A stretch of DNA of 64,000 nt from an uncultured Candidatus Saccharibacteria bacterium (GTDB lineage: Bacteria; Patescibacteriota; UBA1384; JACPKC01). The stretch spans positions 18,128 to 82,127 of the forward strand of contig CAYRGD010000002.1 of assembly GCA_964423885.1 (NCBI GenBank), in the 5' to 3' direction. Within the stretch, counting starts at the first letter, position 1. Every line of letters starts with the position of its first letter. Below the pieces are notes generated by a model, which was given only the letters and a program-made list of their open reading frames with translations, had not been told where the DNA came from and searched no databases. Of the stretch, positions 19,636 through 28,690 are shown one piece after another. The position numbers were made by a program, and so were the translations under genes.

Positions 19636-21537
19636 ATGCAGAACGATGAACTAGGGCATCTGAGCGGCGAGTCTTGGTTGCCACAGCATGAGCTTACTAA
19701 GGAGCTGAAAGAAAAATTCCCAGGAACGTTTTCGGAAAATAAGGTTGATTGCAAAAAGCTCAAGCAAGAGTTGGGTGAGGAGTTTGATGATGCCCCAGAG
19801 CGTTACGGTTTAAGTTGGGCAGGAAAGCAAAACGTTTTTAACGTTATCCAAGAACCAACGACGAAAACACTAAAGGTTGATCGCGATGAATCGGTTGACT
19901 TTGACACAAGTCAGAATCTGTTTATCGAGGGCGATAACCTAGAAGTGCTCAAAGTTTTGCAGCGCTCGTACTACGGCAAAATAAAAATGATTTATATTGA
20001 TCCGCCGTACAATACGGGCAAGGATTTCATCTACTCAGATAAATGGCAACAATCACGTGGGGAGTACGAGCAGGAAGCTGGTATACGAAATGCGGACGGC
20101 AATGTGCATGAAGTAAGTGGCTTGCGGCAAAATACCCGCGACAGCGGTCATTTTCATAGCAACTGGCTCAATATGATGTATCCGCGTCTTTACCTTGCCC
20201 GCAATTTATTGCGACAAGATGGCGTGATCTTCGTCTCGATTGATGATAACGAAGTGCATAATTTGCGCATGATTATGAACGAGATTTTTGGAGAAGAGAA
20301 TTTCATTGACTGTTTGGTTTGGAAGAAACGGTATGGAGGTGGTTCGAAGGAAAAATACTTTGTAACCGTTCATGAATATATTCTGGTTTACGCAAGGGAC
20401 TTAAATAATATCCTTGATATTGAAGTGCCACTGAGCCAAGAGTCCATTGACCGTTATTACACCGAAAAAGACGATCAATTCGAAAAACGGGGCCCTTTTA
20501 GAACCCACCCCTTGGAAGCAACGAGAAGTATGGGAGATCGCCCTAATTTGATTTTTCCAATCAAGGCTCCAGATGGAACAAATATTCTTCCGGAGCGACA
20601 ATGGCTTTGGTCTAAAGAAAGAGTCGCAGAAGCCCAAGATGGGGGTGAGATAAAATTTTATAAGGCTCAAGGTGTTTGGAAAGTTTCCACTAAACAATAC
20701 CTGAAAGATGCTAATGGAAATCTCAGAAATGGGAAAATGCAATCATTAATAGACGGTATATATGGACAGTATGGCACAAATGAGATCATTGAATTAATGC
20801 AAAATGCACAAGTTTTTCCATTTTCAAAACCCACCAAACTAATAGAAGGCTTACTTTCTGCTAGCTCAAGTTCTAACGATATGATATTAGATTTCTTTGC
20901 TGGTTCAGGATCCGCAGCGCATGCTGCCGAGCAATTGAATGCCCGGGACGGCGGTAATCGAAAATGGATTGCAGTACAGTTGGCAGAAGAAGTCGATGAT
21001 ACGAGCGAAGCCAAGAAAGCCGGCTTCAAGAATATTGCCCAACTTTCACGCGAACGAATTCGTCGAGCTGGCAAGAAAATCAGGGGAAATTATAAAGACA
21101 ATATCAAGAAACGAAAAACCCCAATTGATCTTGGATTCAAGGCTTTAAAGCTCGAAGAGACCAACTTTAAGATTTGGGATTCAAGCGTTCGCGACAAGAA
21201 ACAACTTGAGCATCAAATGAAAGCGATGCTGAATGTTATTCGAGACGACGCAGATGAAGGGGATTTGCTGCTTGAATTGATGCTGAAAAGCGGCATTGAG
21301 CCAACAGAAAAACAAGAGAAAGTTGAAACCGAAAGCGGTGAATTTTACCGAATCGGATTGGGAGAGCTTATTATTTGCCTGGCTGACAAAGTCAGTGAAA
21401 AGTTATTTTCTGACATCGTCAACCAAAAACCATCTAAAGTCATATTCTTAGAAAGAGCTTTGCTCCAAAATGATGTGCTTAAATCCAACGTTTTACTTTC
21501 TGCTGAAAAGCTCAACCTAGAAATCAGGATTGTTTAG
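19636..21537 (+). CDS. mod: Type III restriction-modification DNA methyltransferase (Mod subunit)
   Basis: IEGDNLEVLK, IYIDPPYNTG, HSNWLNMMYPRL, DFFAGSGS; GAGGAG RBS overlapping the MazG stop. Confidence 0.93.
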   Translation: MQNDELGHLSGESWLPQHELTKELKEKFPGTFSENKVDCKKLKQELGEEFDDAPERYGLSWAGKQNVFNVIQEPTTKTLKVDRDESVDFDTSQNLFIEGDNLEVLKVLQRSYYGKIKMIYIDPPYNTGKDFIYSDKWQQSRGEYEQEAGIRNADGNVHEVSGLRQNTRDSGHFHSNWLNMMYPRLYLARNLLRQDGVIFVSIDDNEVHNLRMIMNEIFGEENFIDCLVWKKRYGGGSKEKYFVTVHEYILVYARDLNNILDIEVPLSQESIDRYYTEKDDQFEKRGPFRTHPLEATRSMGDRPNLIFPIKAPDGTNILPERQWLWSKERVAEAQDGGEIKFYKAQGVWKVSTKQYLKDANGNLRNGKMQSLIDGIYGQYGTNEIIELMQNAQVFPFSKPTKLIEGLLSASSSSNDMILDFFAGSGSAAHAAEQLNARDGGNRKWIAVQLAEEVDDTSEAKKAGFKNIAQLSRERIRRAGKKIRGNYKDNIKKRKTPIDLGFKALKLEETNFKIWDSSVRDKKQLEHQMKAMLNVIRDDADEGDLLLELMLKSGIEPTEKQEKVETESGEFYRIGLGELIICLADKVSEKLFSDIVNQKPSKVIFLERALLQNDVLKSNVLLSAEKLNLEIRIV

Positions 21538-22247
21538 TGCCTGTAAATTATCAACAAAAATTTCTAGATAGTATGGGTGAGGTGGATAAATTGGCATCCA
21601 CGCCCGATCTCATTAGGCAATTTGCCGTGGATGTACTTGTAAAATCTTTGGAGACGCCCGGAATCACCCATTCCGTAGCCAGTGCAATTCGGAACGCAAA
21701 AACTGCGTTGGAAAACATTAGAGATCAATCGATAGCAAATAGATATAGTGCCATCTATTCACAGATGTGCGTATTGGCGTCCTCCGCACTCGAGGTGACA
21801 GTAAAAGAATATTTTGAGAATTTAGCTTTTCATTCTGCCAACTTAAACAAATCTAATCTGAGCGACCTAAAAATTACCCTGAGGGAAGTTGTGGAAAACG
21901 ATCTGAGATTTGGAGGCAAACTCGGAAAGTTAATTCTTGATAAAGACAACTCAATAAATTTTCAGGATCTCGGTTCAATTAAAAGAGTTTTTGAAAAATA
22001 CTTCGAAAGAAAAATAGTTAGATTTGATAGCGAATTGGCGAAGAAGGCAAATTTTTATCTTCAAGCAAGGCATGTACTGGTTCATAAAGGCGGGGTAGTT
22101 GATCAGTCATTCCTGGACTCTAATTCTAAGTATCAATCAAATATCAAGAATTACGCTTTAGGGGAGCGCATTAAGTTAGACGTAACTGATTGGGTGGATA
22201 TTCGGGCAAGTTTTCTTCACATCATAGAAAGTGTGGTGGCAAGATGA
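21537..22247 (+). CDS. Putative HEPN-domain RNase
   Basis: Predominantly helical-looking; LEVTVKE motif and RHVLVH (Rx4H) followed by GGVVD; overlaps both mod and res. Confidence 0.65.
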   Translation: MPVNYQQKFLDSMGEVDKLASTPDLIRQFAVDVLVKSLETPGITHSVASAIRNAKTALENIRDQSIANRYSAIYSQMCVLASSALEVTVKEYFENLAFHSANLNKSNLSDLKITLREVVENDLRFGGKLGKLILDKDNSINFQDLGSIKRVFEKYFERKIVRFDSELAKKANFYLQARHVLVHKGGVVDQSFLDSNSKYQSNIKNYALGERIKLDVTDWVDIRASFLHIIESVVAR

Positions 22248-24952
22248 AGCTTCGATTTGATGCCAACCAGAACTATCAACTAGATGCTATTCAATCGGTT
22301 GTCGATTTATTTGAAGGCCAATTACTTCAGAGTGATAATCTTTCTGTAACAAAATCAAAGATATATCGTAGTGATTCGCGACAGACAGCGTTGGTTGAGG
22401 AGACTGCTGCAGCAAATAATCGATCAATCGATGTTGAACAGCTCTACCGAAATACACACAATATTCAAAAGCGGAATAACATTTCTCAGGACTATTGGTT
22501 GCCGGAATGGGATGAAGAGGGTTGGAATCAAGAAAAAATCTTTGAGGTAAAGCGATCATTTGAGAAGCACTTCACGGTCGAAATGGAAACGGGTACCGGA
22601 AAAACGTATGTGTATCTTCGTACAATCCACGAACTCTATAAAACGTATGGTTTCAAAAAATTTATTGTCGTTGTTCCGAGTGTTGCGATCAAAGAGGGGG
22701 TGCTAAAGAACTTAGAAATTACGCGGGAGCACTTTGCTCAACTGTACGGTAATCCTTCGCTCGATTGGTACGAGTGGAATTCAAAAAAGCGAGGCCAGGC
22801 CCGACAATTTGCAACCAACGATAGCTTGCAAATTATGGTTATCAATATCGATTCGTTTACGCGAGCGGAGAACATTATTAATCAGCAATCGGATTACGGC
22901 ACGCCGATTCAGTTTATTACAGCCACCAATCCAATTGTGATTGTCGATGAACCGCAGAACATGGAGACCGATACGCGGAAGGCTGCAATTGAATCACTCA
23001 ATCCGCTTTGTACACTTCGCTATTCGGCAACCCATAAAAATGAATATAACCTGCTGTATAAGCTCGATCCCGTGAAGGCGTACGATCTTGGCTTGGTGAA
23101 GAAGGTTGAGGTTGACTCAGTTGTTTCGGAGAATGCATACAATACTGCGTACATCAACGTAAAAAAGATTGCCAGGAAGGGTAAAAGTGCCTTGATTGCA
23201 CATGTCGAGGTAGATAAAGATGACGCAGCTGGTTTGCAACGTAAAGAGCTGAAGCTCGAAGTCGAAGATGACTTAGCTGAGATTACCGGACGCCAGATTT
23301 ACGAAGACTATGTTGTTACGAGGATTAGCTTGGAAGAAAAGTGCATCGAGTTTTCGAATGGTAAAGAATTTTGTATTGGCGAGATGCGAGAAGATCTGCG
23401 CGATGAAGTGGTGAAGTTCCAGATTGAACGAACGATAGAAAACCATTTTGAGAAAGAGAAGCGATTGCAACCGCTAGGAATTAAGGTGCTCTCCCTATTC
23501 TTTCTTGATCGAGTGGCAAATTACCGCATCCATTCAGCAGATGGCAACCAAAAAGGTAAGTTCGCAATGTGGTTTGAGGAAGCGTACGAGAGGATCAGAG
23601 CAAAACCGCAATTTGCAGGTGTGCTAGAGCACTCGGCTGATCAAGTGCACAATGGGTATTTCTCAAAGGATAGACGCGGAAATGTTAGTGACACATCTGG
23701 CACAGCCAGGGCTGATGACGATACTTATGGGCTCATTATGAAGGACAAGGAACGTTTGTTGAGTTTGAACGAGCCACTGCGATTCATTTTTAGTCATTCG
23801 GCGTTGCGCGAGGGTTGGGATAATCCAAACGTCTTTCAAATCTGTACGCTCAATGAGACGCACGAGGATATAAAAAAGCGTCAAGAAATCGGTCGAGGCA
23901 TGCGTTTGCCAGTTAATGCTAATGGCGAGCGCGTGTTTGATGAAAACGTCAATATCCTGACCGTTATTGCAAATGAAAGCTATGAAGACTTTGCATGCCA
24001 TCTTCAGGCTGAGATTCAGGATGAAACAGGTGTCGTTTTTGCGAGTAATCGAATTAAGGATAAGAGAAAGCGGCGGACTGCGGCATTGAAAAAGAACTAT
24101 CAGCTTGATGAGAATTTTCAAGAACTATGGAGCCGAATCGACAAAAAAACTCGCTACCATGTGACGTTCGATTCTCAGGACTTAGTACGTAAAACGTGCG
24201 AAATGCTGAGCGACGTAATTATTCGAAAAGCAAAGGTAGTAAGTACGAAGGCATTGCTTAACATGGACGAAGGCGGCATTGCGACCGAGGTAAGATCAAC
24301 TGCGGTACGGCGAGATGACGGTACGCAAAAACAACTTCCTATTCCGGATGTATTGGGGAAGATTCAGCAACATACAAAGTTAACGCGAGCGACGATATTT
24401 TCGATATTAGATCGGTCTGGAATGGTAGAAAAAATTTTGGTGAATCCTCAGCAAGTTATTGACGAAGTGACTAGAGTGATTAATCAAGTAATGAAAGCAT
24501 TGATGGTCGACGGTATTAAATATGAGCGCTTAGATGGTGAAGTATGGGAGCTGCAACGCTTTAAGGATGAGGAACTAGAAAGTTATTTAGAAAATCTTGT
24601 TGAGGTGCAAAAACAAGAAAAGACGCTATATGACCATATCCTTGTAGATTCAGACGTCGAGCGCTCTTTCGCTCATGAGTGTGAAGCTCGTGATGATGTG
24701 AGGTTTTACTTCAAGTTGCCGAGTTGGTTCAAAATCGATACGCCACTTGGAAGCTACAACCCCGATTGGGCGCTAGTGTTTGAGAATGATGAACGAATAT
24801 ATTTTGTCGCCGAAACGAAGGGCACTAGTGATTCATCTCGTATTTCTGAGATTGAGCGATTGAAAATTAAGAGCGGTCGGAAGCACTTTGAAGTGCTGGA
24901 CGGCGTTGAATTCAAGGCGCCAGTTGAGAATCTGTCTCAAGTAGTAGATTGA
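22244..24952 (+). CDS. res: Type III restriction endonuclease (Res subunit)
   Basis: EMETGTGKT, IVDEPQ, RYSAT, LREGWDNPNVFQIC, QEIGRGMRL, YNPDWA...ETKG nuclease motif. Confidence 0.93.
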   Translation: MKLRFDANQNYQLDAIQSVVDLFEGQLLQSDNLSVTKSKIYRSDSRQTALVEETAAANNRSIDVEQLYRNTHNIQKRNNISQDYWLPEWDEEGWNQEKIFEVKRSFEKHFTVEMETGTGKTYVYLRTIHELYKTYGFKKFIVVVPSVAIKEGVLKNLEITREHFAQLYGNPSLDWYEWNSKKRGQARQFATNDSLQIMVINIDSFTRAENIINQQSDYGTPIQFITATNPIVIVDEPQNMETDTRKAAIESLNPLCTLRYSATHKNEYNLLYKLDPVKAYDLGLVKKVEVDSVVSENAYNTAYINVKKIARKGKSALIAHVEVDKDDAAGLQRKELKLEVEDDLAEITGRQIYEDYVVTRISLEEKCIEFSNGKEFCIGEMREDLRDEVVKFQIERTIENHFEKEKRLQPLGIKVLSLFFLDRVANYRIHSADGNQKGKFAMWFEEAYERIRAKPQFAGVLEHSADQVHNGYFSKDRRGNVSDTSGTARADDDTYGLIMKDKERLLSLNEPLRFIFSHSALREGWDNPNVFQICTLNETHEDIKKRQEIGRGMRLPVNANGERVFDENVNILTVIANESYEDFACHLQAEIQDETGVVFASNRIKDKRKRRTAALKKNYQLDENFQELWSRIDKKTRYHVTFDSQDLVRKTCEMLSDVIIRKAKVVSTKALLNMDEGGIATEVRSTAVRRDDGTQKQLPIPDVLGKIQQHTKLTRATIFSILDRSGMVEKILVNPQQVIDEVTRVINQVMKALMVDGIKYERLDGEVWELQRFKDEELESYLENLVEVQKQEKTLYDHILVDSDVERSFAHECEARDDVRFYFKLPSWFKIDTPLGSYNPDWALVFENDERIYFVAETKGTSDSSRISEIERLKIKSGRKHFEVLDGVEFKAPVENLSQVVD

Positions 24953-25030
24953 ATCTTGCACATAATAATTGGAGATCTAGTAGAAGGATCCTCTGGATAA
25001 AGTTGTTCCTTTCTTTTACACTTCGCCCTC

Positions 25031-25999
25031 ATGCACTACGGATTCTGGGAGAAGCTCCCGCGGCCATTTTTCGTGCTTGCGCCGATGGCGAACGTAACCG
25101 ATACGGTCTTTCGCCAGATTATCGTGGCGCATAGTCGGCCGGACGTGCTCTTTACCGAATTCGTGTCGTGCGACGGGCTCATGTCGCGCGGGTATGACGC
25201 GCTCATCCGCGACTTGTCGTACGCGCCGGTGGAGCGCCCGATCGTGGCCCAGGTCTTCGGGGCGACGCCCAAGAATTTTTACGGTACCGGCAAGCTCGTG
25301 GCCGAGCTGGGGTTCGACGGCTTGGATATCAACATGGGGTGCCCGGACAAGGCGGTGGTAAAGCAGGGTGCGGGTGCGGGGCTGATCAAAACGCCGTCGC
25401 TGGCGCTCGAACTCATCGCTGCGGCGCGCGAAGGGACGAAGGCGGGCGGACGCGAGCTGCCAATTTCGGTCAAAACCCGCCTAGGCGGCAGTGTCGACGA
25501 GGCTGACCGCTGGATCCCGCAGTTGTTGTCGGCCACGATCCCGGCGCTCACCGTGCACTGTCGGACGCGCAAGGAAATGTCGAAGGTACCCGCGCACTGG
25601 GAGCGGATGAAGGACATCGTGGCGATGGCGGCTGGTATCGGCACAATCATTGTCGGCAACGGCGACGTGCTGTCGGTGGCCGACGGCCGCGCGAAAGCCG
25701 AGGCGAGCGGTGTCGACGGGCTCATGCTCGGGCGGGCAATCTTCGGCAACCCGTGGCTGTTCCGCGACGGCTACGCGCCGAGCGTCCGCGAACGGCTTAC
25801 CGTGATGGTCGAGCACACGCGGCTCTTTGCCAGCACCTGGGGCGACACCAAAAACTTTGAAACCATGAAGAAGCACTACAAGGCGTATGCCAATGGCTTT
25901 CCCGGCGCGCACGAACTGCGGGCCGAGCTGATGACGCTCCACGACGCCGAGGCTGTTGCCACGACGGTCGAGCGGTTCCTTGCGGGCGTAGCGGCCTAG
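25031..25999 (+). CDS. dus: tRNA-dihydrouridine synthase
   Basis: LAPMANVTD, DINMGCP, SVKTRLG, VHCRT, GNGD, GRAIFGNPW. Confidence 0.93.
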   Translation: MHYGFWEKLPRPFFVLAPMANVTDTVFRQIIVAHSRPDVLFTEFVSCDGLMSRGYDALIRDLSYAPVERPIVAQVFGATPKNFYGTGKLVAELGFDGLDINMGCPDKAVVKQGAGAGLIKTPSLALELIAAAREGTKAGGRELPISVKTRLGGSVDEADRWIPQLLSATIPALTVHCRTRKEMSKVPAHWERMKDIVAMAAGIGTIIVGNGDVLSVADGRAKAEASGVDGLMLGRAIFGNPWLFRDGYAPSVRERLTVMVEHTRLFASTWGDTKNFETMKKHYKAYANGFPGAHELRAELMTLHDAEAVATTVERFLAGVAA

Positions 26000-26235
26000 T
26001 AGTTGTAGATCGAGCCGCCGGCCCCGCCGACTGCGGCGCTCGGGGTGTCTCTGGTAGTCGGCGTGGCACTGTACGGATCGGCTGCCGGGTGTTTGGCCTT
26101 CCAGGCCGTGAAGCCGGCGTAGTACACGATGCCGCCGATCACCAGGTAGAGCAGTACCCAGGCCCAGACCGGCATGCCCGCCTTGCCGTAGCCGTACGCG
26201 CCGCCTGCCGGCTCGGGTTTCGTTGTGTCCGCCAT
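25996..26235 (-). CDS. Small single-TM hypothetical protein
   Basis: AAAGGAGGGG RBS, MADTTKP start, WVLLYLVIGGIVYY TM. Confidence 0.7.
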   Translation of the reverse strand: MADTTKPEPAGGAYGYGKAGMPVWAWVLLYLVIGGIVYYAGFTAWKAKHPAADPYSATPTTRDTPSAAVGGAGGSIYNY

Positions 26236-26361
26236 ACCCCTCCTTTTTGTTGCTTTCGGCCAGTATACGCCTTCGAGGCCGGGGTGCCAGGTAGGCAAGC
26301 GGCCGACGCTGCGCTATACTGTAAGCCACTTAGCAAATTCCCGATGAAAGGGGCACTCCGC

Positions 26362-27996
26362 ATGCACGCGCTTCCCGCCGGCCGTAAATGGTCGATCCTC
26401 CTGGTATTGAGCCTTGCGCTCGCGATTATCATCCTGGATACGACGCTCTTGAACGTCTCGCTCGCGGCGATCATCCGCGACTTGAGCACCGACATCCAGG
26501 GCATCCAGTGGGTGATCACGGGCTACTCGCTGGTGCTGGCCGCACTCACGATCACGGGAGGCCGCCTGGGCGACTTGTTCGGCCGCCGCCGGATGTTCGT
26601 CGTGGGGGCGGTGCTGTTCGCGATCGGTTCGTTCGTGACGTCGGTCAGCACCACCGTGCCGCAGATGATTATCGGCGAGGCGTTGATCGAAGGCATGGGC
26701 GCGGCGCTCATGATGCCGGCCACGGCGTCGATCCTCGTGTCGATTTTCCACGGCCGCGAGCGTGCGATCGGGTTCGGGATCTGGGGCGCGGTCGCCGGTT
26801 CGTCGGCGGCGCTCGGCCCGATCGTGGGCGGGTACCTGGCCACCAACTACAGCTGGCGCTGGGGATTCCGGATCAACATCCTGGTCGCAGCCTTGCTCGT
26901 GCTCGGCAGCCTCATCATTCCCGAAGCCCGCGATACCGAAGAAAAGCCGCGTCTCGACGTGGTCGGGATCCTGACCTCGGGCCTGGGATTGCTGCTCTTC
27001 GTGTTCGGCGTCATCGAGTCGTCGACCTACGGCTGGTGGACCGCTAAGAAACTCTTTACGATCGGCGGCACCGTGATCGGGTTCGGCAACCTGTCGATCG
27101 TGCCCACGGCCATGCTCTTCGGCGTGGTGCTCCTGCTGCTCTTCGTACTGTGGGAACAGGAAGTCGAGCGGTCGGGCGGGACGCCGCTCGTGTCGATGCG
27201 GTTGTTCGGTAACCGCCAATTCACCTCGGGCGCGCTCGTGACCGCCATCCTGTCGCTCGGCATGTCGGGCATCATCTTTTCGATCCCGGTCTTTCTGCAG
27301 GCGGTCCGTAAGCTCGACGCGCTCCATACCGGCTACAGCCTGCTGCCGCTCTCGCTGACCTTGCTCGTGGTCTCGCCGCTCGGGGCCGCGCTGTCGGGCA
27401 AGCTGCGGCCGAAATTGCTTATCCAGCTTGGGCTGCTCGCCAACGTCGGGGCGGCACTGGTGCTCCGCCACGCGTTCCGGGTCGAGGCGGTCGCGGCCGA
27501 TTTCGCACCGGGCCTGGCCCTGTTTGGGTTCGGGATGGGGCTCGTGATGTCACAGATCAACAACCTGACGCTGTCGGCGGTGTCGCCGCAGCAGGCCGGC
27601 GAGGCGTCGGGCGTCAACAACACGCTCCGCCAGATGGGGACGTCGTTCGGGTCGGCGATCATCGGGACAGTATTGCTGACCACCCTGTCGTCGCACCTGG
27701 TGAGCGGCGTCCAGGCGAGCCCGGTCATCCCGGACGCGTCCAAGGCGCAGATCGCGGCCGCGGTGTCGACCCAGAGCAGCAACGTCGAGTTCGGCGGCGG
27801 CGCCCAGTTGCCGGCCGGTACCCCGCCGGCGATCGGCCAGGAACTCGCGGCTATCGGCGCGGCGGCCACGGTCGCGGCCAACAAGCAGGCGATGCTCTAC
27901 GGGATCTGGTTCGCCATCTTGGGATTCCTGGTGTCGTTCACGATCCCGAATACCAAAAAGATCGAAACGGAACAGTCGTTGGCCGGCGGCCACTAG
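26362..27996 (+). CDS. MFS transporter, DHA2/EmrB-like (14 TM)
   Basis: DTTLLNVSL, WVITGYSL, GRLGDLFGRRR, WRWGFRIN. Confidence 0.92.
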   Translation: MHALPAGRKWSILLVLSLALAIIILDTTLLNVSLAAIIRDLSTDIQGIQWVITGYSLVLAALTITGGRLGDLFGRRRMFVVGAVLFAIGSFVTSVSTTVPQMIIGEALIEGMGAALMMPATASILVSIFHGRERAIGFGIWGAVAGSSAALGPIVGGYLATNYSWRWGFRINILVAALLVLGSLIIPEARDTEEKPRLDVVGILTSGLGLLLFVFGVIESSTYGWWTAKKLFTIGGTVIGFGNLSIVPTAMLFGVVLLLLFVLWEQEVERSGGTPLVSMRLFGNRQFTSGALVTAILSLGMSGIIFSIPVFLQAVRKLDALHTGYSLLPLSLTLLVVSPLGAALSGKLRPKLLIQLGLLANVGAALVLRHAFRVEAVAADFAPGLALFGFGMGLVMSQINNLTLSAVSPQQAGEASGVNNTLRQMGTSFGSAIIGTVLLTTLSSHLVSGVQASPVIPDASKAQIAAAVSTQSSNVEFGGGAQLPAGTPPAIGQELAAIGAAATVAANKQAMLYGIWFAILGFLVSFTIPNTKKIETEQSLAGGH

Positions 27997-28688
27997 TCCT
28001 TGAAGCGGAACGAGACGGCCGCGGCGTCAAAGACCGCCGGGCCGTCGACGGTAGCGGGATCGTAAGTGAGCGCCAGACGGTAGAACTTGCCTTGGTGGCT
28101 CAATTCGGTTTCGATCGTTTCCCTGGTGCCGTCGGCGTACCGTTGCCGGGTGCCACGTTCGCCGTCGACCGTGATATCGGCCTGGTCGAGCAGGTCGGCA
28201 TGATCGGTTGCGGTTGCTGCGGCCGTGACCGTAACGAGGAACGTCGCGTTCGTGCGGCTCGCTTCGAGGCGGATGGGTTCGGTGCTGCCGGAATGCTGGT
28301 TGAGCTTCACGCTCCACGAGCCTGCGAGCGAGGCGGCGAAGTAATTGGTACTTAGCGACGCGGTGCCGGTGCCCAGCGATGATGACGGTTTCGTCGTGTC
28401 CGTGGCCGTGCTGTCATTGGCGTCCGCCGGATCGTCCGATGCAGCCGGAAGGCCCGATTGCCCGCCAATCGCCGCCTCGATCCGGTCGCCCAGGAAATCA
28501 CCGATCACCGGCAGGTACTTCAGAGGTTGGATGACAAGCGAGAGGATCCAGAGCACGGCCGCCAGTCCGAGCGTCGAACCGACACCGGTGAGCAGGCCCT
28601 GCCAGACCGGCCGTTTCCACGAGGTAAGAATCCTGTTCTGCCGCTCGACGGCCCTGGTAAGCCGGGCAGTCTCGGATTCCGGCGGCAT
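27993..28688 (-). CDS. DUF5665-like N-terminal membrane region fused to an extracellular (PsbP-like) domain
   Basis: QGLLTGVGSTLG...LPVIGDF pattern; S/T-rich linker. Confidence 0.55.
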   Translation of the reverse strand: MPPESETARLTRAVERQNRILTSWKRPVWQGLLTGVGSTLGLAAVLWILSLVIQPLKYLPVIGDFLGDRIEAAIGGQSGLPAASDDPADANDSTATDTTKPSSSLGTGTASLSTNYFAASLAGSWSVKLNQHSGSTEPIRLEASRTNATFLVTVTAAATATDHADLLDQADITVDGERGTRQRYADGTRETIETELSHQGKFYRLALTYDPATVDGPAVFDAAAVSFRFKD

Positions 28689-28690
28689 GA

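Larger units (their letters stand above)
19630..25030. other. AT-rich horizontally acquired defence island
   Basis: Abrupt visible shift from GC-rich codons to A/T-rich sequence at the mod start, reverting at dus. Confidence 0.8.

Noticed and set aside
19636-21537. Phase-variable mod (phasevarion)
   Set aside because: No simple-sequence repeat tract seen in or before the gene; the frame is intact.
24953-24985. Possible dif/Xer site at the island's right edge (CTTGCACATAA)
   Set aside because: No XerD-type TTATGTTAAAT arm after a 6-bp spacer, and no matching repeat seen at the left edge.
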